From the NCBI GenBank assembly GCA_046563655.1, contig CM102285.1:3720001-3784000 (forward strand): DNA of 64,000 nt, given 5' to 3'. The DNA comes from Yuukianura sp. NJ FZ-2021. Its lineage: Eukaryota. A program made the translations under genes and the position numbers. Every line of letters starts with the position of its first letter. Position 1 is the stretch's first letter. Below, piece by piece: positions 11,577 through 25,524 of this stretch. Under the pieces are notes generated by a model. The model saw only the letters and a list, made by a program, of their open reading frames with translations. It had not been told where the DNA came from and ran no database searches.

Positions 11577-14500
11577 CTACAAACATGTCGCCGATAAAAT
11601 CCACATCAAAAGGGCTGAGAGACCGCCTGAAACAGGTACTGTGACTACCCACGCGAAAATTATATTCCTGTAAGCAATACAAAATTAAATATATGTTATA
11701 ATTTTTAATGTTTGTTGGTTTATAGAGTCTAGATTGTACCTGAATAAGCTCCAATCAACTCCTTCCTTGGTGGACCTCAAGTACCCAACGAACACAACGG
11801 ATCCAACCTTACAGTGCGTTGTCGAAATTGGTATTCCAACTTTCGAAGCGACAAGAACTGTCAAGGCTGCTCCGATTTCAATTGTGAATCCGCTATAACG
11901 CAAGGAACAAGGTGATACTTGTAATTTGAGTTGTCGATTTTCAGTTTCTATTTTAAATGATTAATGTAATTATGATTTTCAGTACCTGGAAGGTGTAATT
12001 TTTGTCAAGTCTTCTCCCATTGTCTTGATGACGCGTCGTCCCCATACCCAGAGACCAAGCGAAATTCCGACTCCGCCGTACACCAGAAGCCAAATCGGTG
12101 TTGTGGTTTGCGTGTCGACAATACCTTCTTGGTACACGAGCCAAAGAGCAATCAAAGGACCGATGGCATTACTGAAAGACAATCACATTCTAAGTTTTCT
12201 TAATCTATGCATACTAAAAGAGTATTGTTATTTGTATGATTTTAGATGGATGTCTTGCTGCAATTACCTAACATCGTTTCCTCCGTGAGCAAAAGAACCG
12301 AATGCTGCCGTTAGGATCTGGAGGAATGAAAACAGTTTCCCAACACCAGGGCGATCTCCCACCTTGTCATGTTTTCCAACAAAGACAATGCCTTCGTCAG
12401 ATGCAGAACGAGCCGGAGATGAATCCTTGGACAAATCCAGAAGATTCCCTCCTTTGTAAAGGATTTCAACTTCTCCTGGCTTAATCAGTGGAACGCCACT
12501 GCTATTTGGTGTAATGCCGTCCATTGGAAGGATGTCCAAAGAAGATGGCGTTGTTCTGAGCTCAGAAACTTTGGCTTTGGAGATGTCATCACATGTGTCC
12601 CCTTCGCAGTGCGTGTTTAATTCTGGAACCAATGTGGCGTACGCAGAGATGACCGGCTTATCCTCGGGTCTGTTCAGTGGAGCCTGATCTTTCAGCATAT
12701 CTAAGAATTTCAAGCAACATCAAACATCAACTTGTACTTCCAGACTATCAAATTTGAAGTGTACGACAGCAAGGACGGCAAAAGAGGGACATTTTATTAG
12801 GATGGAGTCTAGGTCAGCACGCTATTTTTAATTGACTATGATTGAAGTTTGAGATTCAGTCTAATATTGTTAAATATTTTTTTCAGACAAATCAATAAAG
12901 GGCGTAATTGAAAAAAAGAGAAAAGTTGCCGAACCTGGAGCATAGCGTGTTCCAGGAACGTAAACAATCATTTCTCCGTCCCATTTCCCTCTATCGGGCC
13001 ATTTAGCATTACTATGGACTGATCCTGTGCAAGATTTTGAACAAGATCGAATGCACGGGTAACACAAAAATTAAAATTAGAAGAAGCACTAGGACATTAC
13101 AAAGAATGTCAAGCTAAAATGGCGCCTATCTTTCAGCTTTGGCGTTCAAGTGGACACTGTAGCTTGACAATTTTTATACAACTAGTAATCTCACCTGTAA
13201 TTTCTTTCCGCAGTTTTGGAACAATCCAGATAGTGACAATGGCAGCAATAACGATGGAAATCGCCAGAGACAGCAGGAAACCAAAAAATGGTGCAGTCCA
13301 GGCCGGTAGTCCTTCGATCTTCATCTTAAACACTGAAAAAATTAAAAACCGAAAAGGTAAAAAGTGGATTCATGACAAAGATTTTCAAAATTTTGAAACT
13401 AATTACTAGCTAAAATTGTGTATTTAAACATACATTCAGGTCCATCAATGAAGATGGAAATGACGTTGATGAAGACCGTGACTCCGTAGAAGATTGGGAG
13501 CGAACGGAGGCCAGGTGTAATGGCATCCTCTTTTCGCAAAATGAACCGGTTGATCCCGCTGAAGATTGTACCGGAGACAATGCCCGAGAGAACGGGTGAC
13601 ACGAACCATGATCCGACTGTGGTGAAAGTGACAACAAGAAATAGTCATGCCCTCTGATTTCATCTACTTGAAACAAATGGGTTTCAATTAAGTGGGATTT
13701 GTAAGCTCACCAATGGAGGCCAACTTCCACCAGTTAATGCCGGCCGTTCCCCTCGCCACTAGAGAAAATCCAAGCACAGAGCCCACGATGCTGTGAGTTC
13801 CGGATATTGGCATCTTCAGGAACGTAGCAAGCAGGAGCCATATCGCACTGGCACCTAAAGTCCAGGGAAACAACCAAACAATTAATTCAGGACAACAGTT
13901 CTGTCAGTGAGCAACATTACAATCTTCGCAAGATCGCGGCATAACTCGCAGTTGGAAACTTGTACTGCGTCAGAGCACAGTGTTCCTGAACTTGAATGTA
14001 TATTACATGGTTAAGCGTGAGGAAGTTAATTAATGTCCCCCCCATGGAGAAAATGTTCCAGAATTGTTTGTACACTCTCAGAGGCACTTGATGCGACGCA
14101 TTTTACACAATTCGGTCATGGAACTTTCCTACTATTTGAGGTAGATCACTTCAATTTATGCGCTGACATTGAAACTTGACACGAGGAATGGAAAATTATA
14201 ACTTTCTTGTTTCATCATTTTGAGTGTAAGGATAACGCCGAATTGTGATGCATATGCGTGACAATAAGGTAAACAGAATTATTTACGTCAATTATGAACA
14301 ACACCCGCAGTAGTTCCAACGAAAAAACGTAAATCATCGCGGTTTGAATTTAAAGTAAAGCCGATTATGCTTTTACAGCGATTATGAATTCAAAGTGAAA
14401 TTTTTTTGCGGCCTTGCATGCAAATTCGACTTTCAAAACGCCAGTATTTGTACATTCCAGGAAAACTCCGAAAATTCAAGCTTATTTTTCACGGAAGTTG

Positions 14501-15785
14501 GTAAATAATATCCTAGGATTTTTTATACCTAATTTTTCAGTTGTAATTTCAGATTTCTTGGAATAATTACTGAATAGTCAAAATTCTTACCGAGAGCAGA
14601 CAGATTTCCAAGCATGAATTCTTGTGGTGCATCTTCGTAGACATCCGGACTTATAATGCCTTTCCGTATTGTATCCGAAACTTTGTATCCTGTTGAATTA
14701 CAAAGTAAAATCGTGTTTTAGTCTCGCAAATTGACCATTTTACGTGAAAAATTATAATGTTAAGACAACTTCTTATTTCATTTGACATAGATCAAACAAA
14801 ACAGAATTTGTTCTCGGAAGAAATAAGTGTTTTTTGTTCCACTGGAAAGTAGCACGCAGTTTGCAAATGACTTTGCCAAAAACGGCACGGTATCGCTGCA
14901 CTGACGCTCCTTGTATTTTTTTACTTGTGCCCTTTGACCTCTTTCTCCTTTTACCTAGAAGGACTGAACCGCTAATTTCCATGAACGTTGCCAAGATGCA
15001 GGCAGTTTTAAGTTTAAGGACACCAGATCCCACGCTCGTTCCCATTGAGTTGGCCACATCATTTGCCTAGAGTAAATAAAAACGAAAATGTTCAAAAAGT
15101 TAAACCAGCAAATCAAAAAAAAAGCGGCAATCAATTTTTTTTTCGAATTGTAATCATACCCCAATTCCAAAGGCCAAAAGAAAAGAGACGACGAATCCAG
15201 CGACCACAATTCCAAGTAAAACTGCTGGAAGCATCTTTTGGCTTTGTTTGATTTTTGACCAACTTGACTTTCAAGAATTGATTGACAAAATGTTGTTGCT
15301 AAGTGAACCCTTGTCCCTTATTCCGTAGTTACAGTTTAAGTAGAAATTAGTTTTAGAAACTAGAGATATGGCTTCTATTCCAGTGGAAGTAGTATCCTAG
15401 TTTTAGAATGTAAAAAAAGTTTTTTAGTTTTTTTCCAATTACCTATAAGACATGATCCCAGGAGTTCAAAAACTGTGGCAACGATGCAGGCATTTCTTAA
15501 GGAAATTACTTTGGCTCCCACGCTTGTTCCGAATGCTAAGGATTTTTAGAAATTTCAAAATTTATGAAAATCGATAAACCTTCAAAACCTTCCTGATCTG
15601 AACTCAAAAGTTTGAAAATACTCAAAGTTCTTACTATTTGCAACATCGTTGGCTCCTACTCCAAATGCTAGGAACAACGCAACAATGAAACCCGTAATTA
15701 GAATCCATAGCGTCTGTGAGTGGAAACTTAATTCTGATTCTGGTAAATAGTTAATCAGTGTGGCAATTGTAGTGGAAATGTCCAT
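11577..15785 (-). CDS. Sodium-dependent phosphate transporter (SLC20/PiT family) with two alternative N-terminal cassettes
   Basis: Signatures GANDVAN (N-terminal, two copies) and HGGNDV (C-terminal); [23 protein letters not shown]; last exon [11 protein letters not shown]..., stop at 11577. Confidence 0.93.
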
Positions 15786-18729
15786 CTTTGAAGTTCGAAA
15801 TTTTATAAACTAAAAGTTCAAAAACTTAAAATTTCTTTGTTTCTTTTCAGCACTGGACAAACAGTCACTGAAGTGTGATGTGTGTGTGGTCACCTCTGAA
15901 CCCACTTGGGAACTAACATGTTAACAATAACGAATTCAAGTGATGCTGCTGCGAAGCATCCACCGAATTAAGATTCCACTGACGCTTCCAGATTTGACGT
16001 CTTTCGTGATAGAAAATTTGAAGAAGATAAGTTGGAAACTAAATCAGAAGATGAAGAATTCTGGGGAGAAAACTCCAGAGAAGATAGTTTCACCCTAAAA
16101 GTCTAAAATGCAACTCATACAGTTCCAGCTCCAGCGCCCTTGAATGTACGACGCTGTTTTGCTCTGGCGAAGTTCCAGCTCCCAGCACGCGCAGTAGTAG
16201 CACAATGGATTTTTTTTTCTTGTCTAAAATCGAGCGGAGTTTAACGAGATTTGGGAAGATCAGGACTTCTCAACCTGTATGCGTCTTTTGAAGTTTTTCT
16301 GAATTGGTTTTGCAACTGACTCAAACAGGGGCAAACAAACCTAGTCAAGTACTTTCAAAATTCTAAACAACGCAATTCTCTAACATTTTCCTAATCTTGG
16401 TTTTACATTACCGAAGAACAACTTAGGAAACCACGGTTGGTTTAAATTCTAACCGCGACTGGAGGGATTCTTAAATTGTGTTGTCTGCTCTAACAGTGTG
16501 ACTTTACTACGAGTTGCCACTATTATGATATTTGGGTCATGCTAATATTCTTATTCGTCGTGAATTTTAGGAAATGCTCAATTCACGTGATTGTGGTTAT
16601 GTTTTTATTGCGGTAATGGTCAAATTTAACAATTTTTGTACCCCCGCGGCCCGCTTAGCTACGAGGAACACATTCAGACTCATTCAGAATCAAAAATTTT
16701 AAGGTGGTCCAATTTTCCAACCAAAGTTTAAAATGATGCAGACAAAAAAAATCCCAATGCGCCGAAAAGTTGAAAAAATTTCATCACAGCAACAAAGAAA
16801 CTTACAAAAGTACTGTTACAATTTTTTTTTCAAGTTGGTTTCAAAATTTTCGAAAATTCATTTTCCCTCAAAGAGTAAGATACTTTTGTTGAAATACTTG
16901 TCTAATTATTCCAGAACATGGTGGCTATCTATTAAATCGCCGCAATGAATTAGAATGCATTAGAAGTTGCTTATTGCGGTGCATCACACGAAATTCAATA
17001 ATTCCAAAATTTCAAGGTCAAGCTGTAAATGTCAAGTCATGAGCGGCCGATGTATTAGCCCGGAACAGATGTAAGGTCACACATGGTTTTTAGTGCAGTG
17101 CAGTACAAAAGTTGACTAAAACAGAACCGACAGAACCGTACAAGTTTCTCCCAACTTTCTACACAAGTCTGTTTCTTGTGCCAAAATTCTGTTGTCAACT
17201 TTTGAGAAATGTTGGAAACGTTTTAGACTCCATTACCAGAGTTAACTGGTGAGATCAGGATTAAAACCTGTTCTAACGAAAGCTGCGTCACATAAATCCT
17301 ATCAAAAGAAGTACTGCATGATGTTGAGTCTACTGAATTTGTACGGTGACTTTATGACAACAGAATAACATTAAAACATAACGGCGAAGGTATAAATAGA
17401 CAAATCCTATTTCAACTTGTTTGAATTTCAAACGAAGCTATTTTTTTAGAAAAACAACTCCTGTTTGCCTTGCTCGTTGAATCCCAAATCTAGAAGATGA
17501 ATCGCATCTTGTGCAACGTTCAGGAAATAAATATTCATGACAAGTCAGAATAATGCATGGAAAATTTTAGAGATTTTCGAATTTTTAGTTCCCAGAAGGA
17601 AAAGAAATATCAAAATTTTGACCTCAGCGGTTAGAAAACGTTAGGAGGATTGCTCAATCGCTTTCCCGTTTTTTTCTTAGTGTTAACGTCGTGTTGCAAA
17701 ATAATGCAACACCCTGTCACTCAACTTTACCCGTGATTGGCAGTTGTGACAGGTCCAGGGACAAGTTCAAACGATAAGTTTCTAAACAGGAGCTAACTTG
17801 CAAGAACAGTTGCCAAATTATGTCAGGAAAGGATCCACATAGGTCATTCCAGGTCAATCCCTGTGTCCTTCTGCGTGACAAACCTATACGATCATTTCCA
17901 GTTGACGTTTTTAGATATAACACTACGCTGAGGAACCACGCTGATTGCACAGTATGAATCACTTCACTGCCAAGGCTGCTTCTCAATGTAAGATGCCTTT
18001 CATCTTGGGGTGTGGCCTTCATGACAGATCATGTCAGTATTGCGTGAAATGTCCACACCAAACCCTATCCTAACCTTTTCGCGTCACTCTAACTGACACA
18101 AAGCGGAATTGCAGAATAAAGACGAAGAGAGTACTTTGGCACGTCAAAGTGGCAGGTTCTGGGAATCCTAACACAATCTTCATTGATTCCTTCTGGTTTA
18201 TGTCGCTGAGCTACTAAAGACTTCTACCGAAAAGAATATCGTCCAATAACGTCGATAGGGCGCAGAATATGCTCCTGCAAAATTTAACCTAGCGTAACGT
18301 ATAGCCCGTAAGTCTATTTTTACTAAAAGTATAACGCTAAGTAACATTATTTTACAAAGCAGAAAGCAAATTTCATTCAACGATGCATTTTGCTCAGTAA
18401 TTAGGTCGAGTCTAGGATGAAATGGACTCCATTGTATCATCGCACAGCGGCGTGACTACCTAACCTACATCCGCAATCATGCCTAACCAATGTGTGGTAA
18501 AAATACCTTGGATAAAATTTTAAAAGAGAAAGAACAAAATGTCCACGCGCCCGTTTACCGCACATTTTCATGCCAAGATATGCAGTGAATGTTATAATTT
18601 AACTCTTGGTTACAATTTTGCAGATTTGTGCTTACGTCAACCGAAAAGGAAGCACTCCGAGACATAATTGACTTACAGTCATTCTTAAATCTTGATTCTC
18701 CACAATTAGTGACAATCATACATTAGGCC

Positions 18730-19079
18730 GGAGCCGACTTTTCCATCGAATGAATTATTACGAAGTGTTTTCGCCGAATGAATTTATCCGAAACAAATTA
18801 CAGTGAAATTCCATTTATAACGAAATGTGATTTGCCCGGAAACGTTATTTTGGAGTGAAAATAGGTCATGTTTAGTGACCCAAGGTAAAATCATGACTTT
18901 AGCTTTATTAATTTAGGTTAGCTTAAGATTGGTAAGGCTAGATTATATTACGTTAAGGTTGGCTGGTTAAATAACAATTTTCGGTGTAATTTATTTTTCG
19001 ATGTAATTTGCTTTTTGTGGTAATTGGTTTCGACTAAATTCTCTTCGTTGTGATTCATTCGTTGGAATGGCATGAAACC
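18730..19079. mobile_element. Degenerate MITE related to the 2117-2355 family (opposite orientation)
   Basis: Right end reads GGTTTCATGCCATTCCAACGAATGAAT on the minus strand; left end is GGAGCCGACTTTTCCATCGAATGAAT; internal GGTTA-like array at ~18915-18970. Confidence 0.5.
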
Positions 19080-20886
19080 CAATAGCCTGCTCATCACTTG
19101 TCAAATTAAATTGACTTGAGTTGCAACGTTTCACTTTAGGCATAGGAGGTTAAATTTCAAAATGGTTCGATGTAATTGAATAGCATGTGACATTCACCAG
19201 TCAGCCAAATTTTCTCATGTCTACGTCTGCGTTATGCTCATCACTTAATAGCATCATTGCCAAAATGAATGAACTCCGAAGGATGATCATGTCTTTAGCA
19301 ACTGATTGAAATTCAACACGTATTAAGTGACTCACCTCCTTCAGCCTGGATTGTCTCCAACTAAACAGCGGCGTTACAAAGGAAAAGGAAGAAGAAGGGG
19401 AAGTAATTGAAAACTAACGGGAAATTGAGCTAAGTGGGAAACTTAATGGATTCTAAGAAAGACTAGAACTGAAAGTAAAGCTATAGGAGAGGAATAGATT
19501 GGAAATTGGAGATGTTCTTGGAGGTAAGGAAAGTACTTGACAAGTACTGTGGAAATGAGGTCAATGGACAAGAGAGTCCAACAGGAAAGTTGGCGGAGGA
19601 TGAAGTGACTTCTGGAACGGAGTCGCTCAGATTCTGGGGCAAATGGATGCTTTGAAAGTCTAAACTTTCAGTTGATTTCGGTTCGAAAGTTATTTCCATC
19701 TGTAATAAAAAAAATTAAAAAAAAAAATGAAGTTACTGAAAAAATTATTGGAAACTAACAATTTTATCCAAAATACAATCTAGCTATCGCTAACCAGCAT
19801 CTACGAATAAAATTTGAAGTTGAGATATAAAGGTTTTTGTGTCATCGACTTGAGATTCTCATCATCACATATCGATTGGGCATTCTTTCCCTAACCACCT
19901 ACAAACCTAAATTTAAGTTCCAGCAGAACTCTATAATAAAGTCAGTCCTAATTTTCTTGAGTGCAAATCGCTGTTCGGAATTTTGAACGCTGAAGTTAGT
20001 TCGGCCTTCAGACTTTGACAAGAGTTTTAAAAGTTAGTTTCGTGAATTCGGGGAATTTTGAATGCTAGAAAGACGCCCCGAAATTACGAAGCTAATTTCC
20101 TTCTGGAAATTCGAGTTCTTTGCCAAAGTGTAAAATAACAAACTTTTCCATGCCATTTTCAGTTATATTTATTTCAATGTCTTTTCAAATGCTACGCTGA
20201 ATCCTAGCCAAAAAATTGTGGAAAAATGTCGGAGCTGCATCACGTGCCGAAACAAATCATTGGAACTTTTATTTTATTCCAAATTTTTTAGCATATTTAG
20301 CAGAATTGGACTCAATGCAGCTAAATGTACTTGCTTACGCAAGCAAGTAACTGAATTTGAATTTGAATTTTATTTTGCCAAATGGTGCCCTGTTGACAGT
20401 TCATTATACCATTATAGTCATTACACTGCATCGACCATTTTGAATTAAAAGTTTTACAAGAAAAGGAGCAAATCTTATTGAAGTAGCACACTTTATAGTT
20501 TCGGACAATTTACAAGTTAATTTTTAAATTGCGTTGAGAAGAGCGAGACCTCGAGCTTTTAATCGTAAGCCTTAAACGTAAGTAAGACTTAGACTTTGTT
20601 TTAATTACACAAACATCCGCTAACGCTTAATTTAAAAACGCTAGTAAAACAATTTTCCTCCAAAACTTTTTTAATTTTATTTGTTCAAGCCGGCGGGTAT
20701 AATTAGGATCCATTTTAGGAATATCCCACCTTCTTTCGCTTAAGTCATTAGACAAGACAAGAAATCCATAAAAGTCCATTGACTTTTTGTAATTAGAAAA
20801 ATGTTTCAGTTAAGTTATGTACAATGCTTATTTTTTTTTTTTTTGGAAATGGAACACGCCTAGGTCTTTGCTCTTCAAATCTCAAC

Positions 20887-21042
20887 GGTTCCATGCAATA
20901 ATGCTTCGACAGAATTGCTTCTGGATAGAATAAAGTTTCTAAATATTAGTTTTAAAAACCCAAGCATTTTCATTTAGGAAAAAATTCTTAGAAGCTATTC
21001 TACTTTAGAACCAATTCATTTCAGAAGAAATGGCGTGCTTCC
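20887..21042. mobile_element. Short MITE sharing the GGTTCCATG...GGCGTGCT termini
   Basis: Starts GGTTCCATGC and ends GGCGTGCTTCC; flanks ATCTCAAC/ATTTCAAC form an 8-bp TSD with one mismatch. Confidence 0.55.
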
Positions 21043-23068
21043 ATTTCAACTTCATTCGTGATTAAAAATCAAGTTGAAGTTTTTGGTTTTCATTTTTGCC
21101 ATATACTCACAAAACCTTTCAACACGGGAAATTTTGGCAAAACAAACGTCTATAACCGAAAGGTAGCAGGATATGTTTTTTGGAAATTACTTCAAGACTA
21201 AAATATTTTTACACAAACTTGAGATGTTTTAATTTTTAAAGTAAAAAAACATTCGGCTAACCTCGGCGTCCAAGAGAAGTGTAACTTTGTCAACATCAAA
21301 TTACTGTAAGATTTCTTCCGGCAAGAAAGAATTTCTGAAACTGTTTCCTGGGACGCGTGATTAAAATTCTTGTAAGTCGAAGTTCTTCTTCAAACTGAAT
21401 TGATTTTCCTGTGTCCACGCCTATAACGTTATGCCGGTAATACAGAGATTGAAATTTTGAGCTGTGGTGCTGGTGACCCTGAGTCAGGCGTGAAGGCTGA
21501 AATTCCCTAACCTAACTTTACTAAACCAATCTCAGAAACTTAACCGACTTGAAAAAAATTAATTCCGCAACCCAGTTCCCACAAAGTTTGTCGGACTGTT
21601 GTACGGGACCGTTATGACGCTAGGACAGACTCCACGTGCTCAACCGCAAAAGCCCGTTTTACAAGTCAAAGTGGAAGTTGAGGTTGGAAAGTTCTTGATT
21701 GACGTTCGGAAATGTCTTTGGGAGGGTCGTGGCGTGGTGGTAGTGATTTGGAGGCTTAGGAAATATTCTGAGATGCTCAAATCGTACTTGGGGACGCCTA
21801 AAGACACCAAAAGCCAAGAAGTTTTTGCTGGGGACTTCCATTTGATAGATCTTCTAGACGTTCTAACAGTTCTAGTAGAATCTAGAACTGTAGACAAACC
21901 GACGATGGATTCATTTCTGTCTAAATCTAGACTTTTATATATAGCCTGGAACTACATCGACATTTAGTCCCCGAAGAGCCCGATTTATCCTGCATTCAGC
22001 CAAAATGTCCATTCAGCACGTTATGCGTCTATAAATTTCGTCTGTCGTAGCCAAAAGTTTTCTGCTGCTTTGTATTTGATTTTAGCAGGCGAGAACTAAT
22101 TTCTTTCGAATAATTTTAAATATACTTGCATATTAAAGATTGTGAAAGAGTGACGAAAAATTATTTGCAAAACAGTTTGGTAAAAGTCCCTAAATATAAA
22201 TTTTTAATTTGTTGAATTCAATATTCTAGAAACTACGACTTTGGGTTTATGGTAAGCCTGAATTTTTAATTTCCAGAATTGATAGCGGATACCACGACTT
22301 ATCGTTTTCGGTTTTAACGATGCCTTTGTGGTATCCAGCAGCGTAGAATATCGACTCTACTTTATTTCTGGGAAAACACGCTTGCTATGTTTCAACTCAA
22401 CTTAAGCTGAAAAGCTAACATGTGCCGGATTGTGGTCATCAAGCGCAGCAGCGCAGGCGCTTTTTGTCTTGCGCGGAGGTAGAAGAACATTTGAGACAGT
22501 TAAGACTCATACCGGGTCTGGATGCCATAAAAACCATGACTGTGTTTTCTAGTTTTAGTGCTTCAAATGAATCATCTTTAAGTTGTTTTTCAAAAACGAC
22601 AATTTTTTCATTCAAACGTCTCCTACTCTAAATAAAAAATTCGTTTAAAAGTGACTCACCTAAAATCTAAAAATTCATTTAAAATTTAACAGTTCCTCAA
22701 AATTAAAGCGATTCCGAGATTATGACACAAAGAACACTACACCAGAAAACTCTGCTTTTCTAAAACTTAAAGTTAGAGTTAAGTTAGGCTATTAAACTCA
22801 AGCTAAATCAGCATCATATCAGCGTTTGCAAAAATTAAAGTTTCCTTGTACTAATTAAGATTAAAACCTTCAGGCGTGAGAATTTGAAGTTTCAGCATTT
22901 TTTGAAACAAAGTTATAGAAGAAGTCCAAAGTTCAATGTGCACCAGCAGCTAAGCAAAGTTTGCGAAATTTCTGAAATTGGACACGTGATTGCATAACGT
23001 AACGTTTAATACTATAGTTGCACAATCTTTACTGTGTCATGGCGTCGAGCATATAACCTGAAGTTATT

Positions 23069-24247
23069 AGAGAGATTCGCTGTTTCTACGTCGACGAGAA
23101 TCATCGACGACGACGAAGATAACTTTCTCTGTTCGTCGTTCGTCGTCGTAGATCCTCAAAAGAGTTTTTCTAAACGCGTCGACGAGATGAGTTGGCGCCT
23201 GAAATTTTTTGAATTGCGTGCAAGGTGAGACTAATAAAAACCGCACCCTCAGCATAAAATAATTTAATTTATGAACCACCATACATATACATAAATATAT
23301 ACATATAAATATGTATGATTTATGAAATTTATGGTAGTTCAAATATTAAATTATTTTACGTATATATACATATATTTCATATATATATATATATATATTT
23401 ATGTTTTATGTATATATAATAGATATATATATATATAGATATATATAGATACACAGATATAACACGAGTTTATACCTAGTTGTTTAGATTATATTACTAT
23501 GGATTCTAAGTCATGAAAATTTTCTAATATATTTAACATCTTATTAGTATACCAGAATTATATTACATATTACATATACTGGTATATATACTATATAATA
23601 CATATTTAGCTTATAATTATATATACTATATATACCGTACTATATATTTCATGTATATTCTATAGCAGTAGTATATATATATGGTATATATATATGGTAT
23701 ATATATTAGTTTCCATGTTTCCTATTGATTATATTATATACATACAATAACATATAATATATGATAATAATACGTAGTGTGTATAATATAATGATATATA
23801 ATATATAATAATAATATAGTAACAGAATATATGCAACCTAGTATATTCTCGAATGCATATATACTTAGTATATAATTAATATATATTCAAAATTACCATA
23901 TAACTAAATGTAAGTTCATTAATAATAGATACTCAGTTCTTTTGTGTTTTTATACGAGTTATATATATAATATATAATATATTTATAAAATATATATATT
24001 TACAGTGTATGTATATAATAGTTATATATAATTTATGTATTTAACTTGTATGAAAACACAAAAGAATCGAATTCGTAGATGTAGAGAATTGACGAGAATA
24101 GCGACGAGCAAAACCCTGTTTTGCTCGTCGCTATTCTCGTCGCTTCGGATCTACGAACGGAGAAAGTCCTCTCACGTGGTCTCTCCGGGGGTGCGGAACT
24201 CACCCGCTCGTCGACGTTCATCGTCGACGAGTACAGCGAATCTCTCT
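23069..24247. mobile_element. Non-autonomous TIR element (PIF/Harbinger-like) with an extremely TA-rich interior
   Basis: AGAGAGATTCGCTGT...CGTCGACGA on the left is inverted at 24223-24247; CGACGA-rich subterminal regions; possible 3-bp TSD ATT; interior ~23280-24035 is nearly all A/T. Confidence 0.65.
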
Positions 24248-25524
24248 ATTATAGCTTCAGACCGGACGTTAATGATAAAAGTAGTAATTATGATAAGAAC
24301 GGATAGTTAAACTAAAAAAATCACATTGAATGAAGTTGAAACTTACAGTTGGAATTGATGAAGTTGTTCGTTGTTAAGTTTACAGTGAGTTTGAAATTGT
24401 CCGAAAGCAGAATCTGCAAATCCCGTGCCGAAAACGGATGTGAACTTTGTAGCATTAAGCGGAAACCGGATTTTAGTTGAACTGAAATTGAATTTGGAAG
24501 TTAAGGTTTTAACGTTAAATTGAAAGTTAATTGGATTTTGTTAATTGAGGGTTAAGTTTAGAATTGCTACTAAATTTATCCAATGAATCAAGATGATGCT
24601 GTTGCTTCAGAGAGTCGCCAAAGAAGAAAGAACGGAGGCGTACAGTTAGAGTAGACAAAATCAAAGCAGCGACAACGCAACCGTAAAAACGGAGACTCTC
24701 CCACACACTTCTAGAAGTTCCTTTCGGGAATTTTCCCCAGTGATGGAGAAACTATCGATTGAGACCGAGACGAGTCATGAAAAAATTGCAAGTTTTGGCA
24801 AGCTAGATATAGTAAAGTACTATGAAGTGCATAGTAGATATGCACTACTATCATGATCCAGCGATTTTCTAGAACTCCCGGGTAGAAGCGATTTCGGGAG
24901 CAGACTGGGTGGTTTTCGGTGTTTTTAGGTTCCCCACGTGCTTCTCATGCAAAAATAGACATTTCATGAAAACAAAAGACGACGACGACATTGTCACGTA
25001 GGACAATCAATATCAAAAGATCAAGACAAGGTCAAACAAAAGTTATGTTCTGAGAAGAAGCGAGTGGCCTTAATGTTTACTTTTCGAAAAAATATTGGCA
25101 TTTCAGCGAGCTTTGTTGAAAATGTCATCCAACATGAATTTCCATTCCGCAGTACTAAATAACTTCAAATTCCATGCGTCTCGTGCTTCTTAAAAAGAAG
25201 CGTCATACCCATGTTTGAATTGCGTTATTTGAAAGTATCAGAGAAAACAGATTTTGGCAAATTACGTCCATATAGGAAGAAACAAAACAATGATAGAAAT
25301 ATTCGTTTCGAGAGCAATCCTTATTTTGTTGAACTGCAACAAAGATTTACTTATCACAATAAATTAATTATTGGCCACCACGCATCTCAGCAGCGGTACT
25401 GTTCCGTTCTAAAATTGCGACACACAGGTTGATTTGGATAAGGTAAAGGAGTATAGTCGTATTTTCGTGCGCAAATGAATGCATAACGTTAACGGAACTT
25501 TGACATTTTGAGAAACAGTTTGTG

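Noticed and set aside
21599-21967. 122-aa plus-strand ORF
   Set aside because: Non-ATG start, no recognisable motif and no supporting exon structure.
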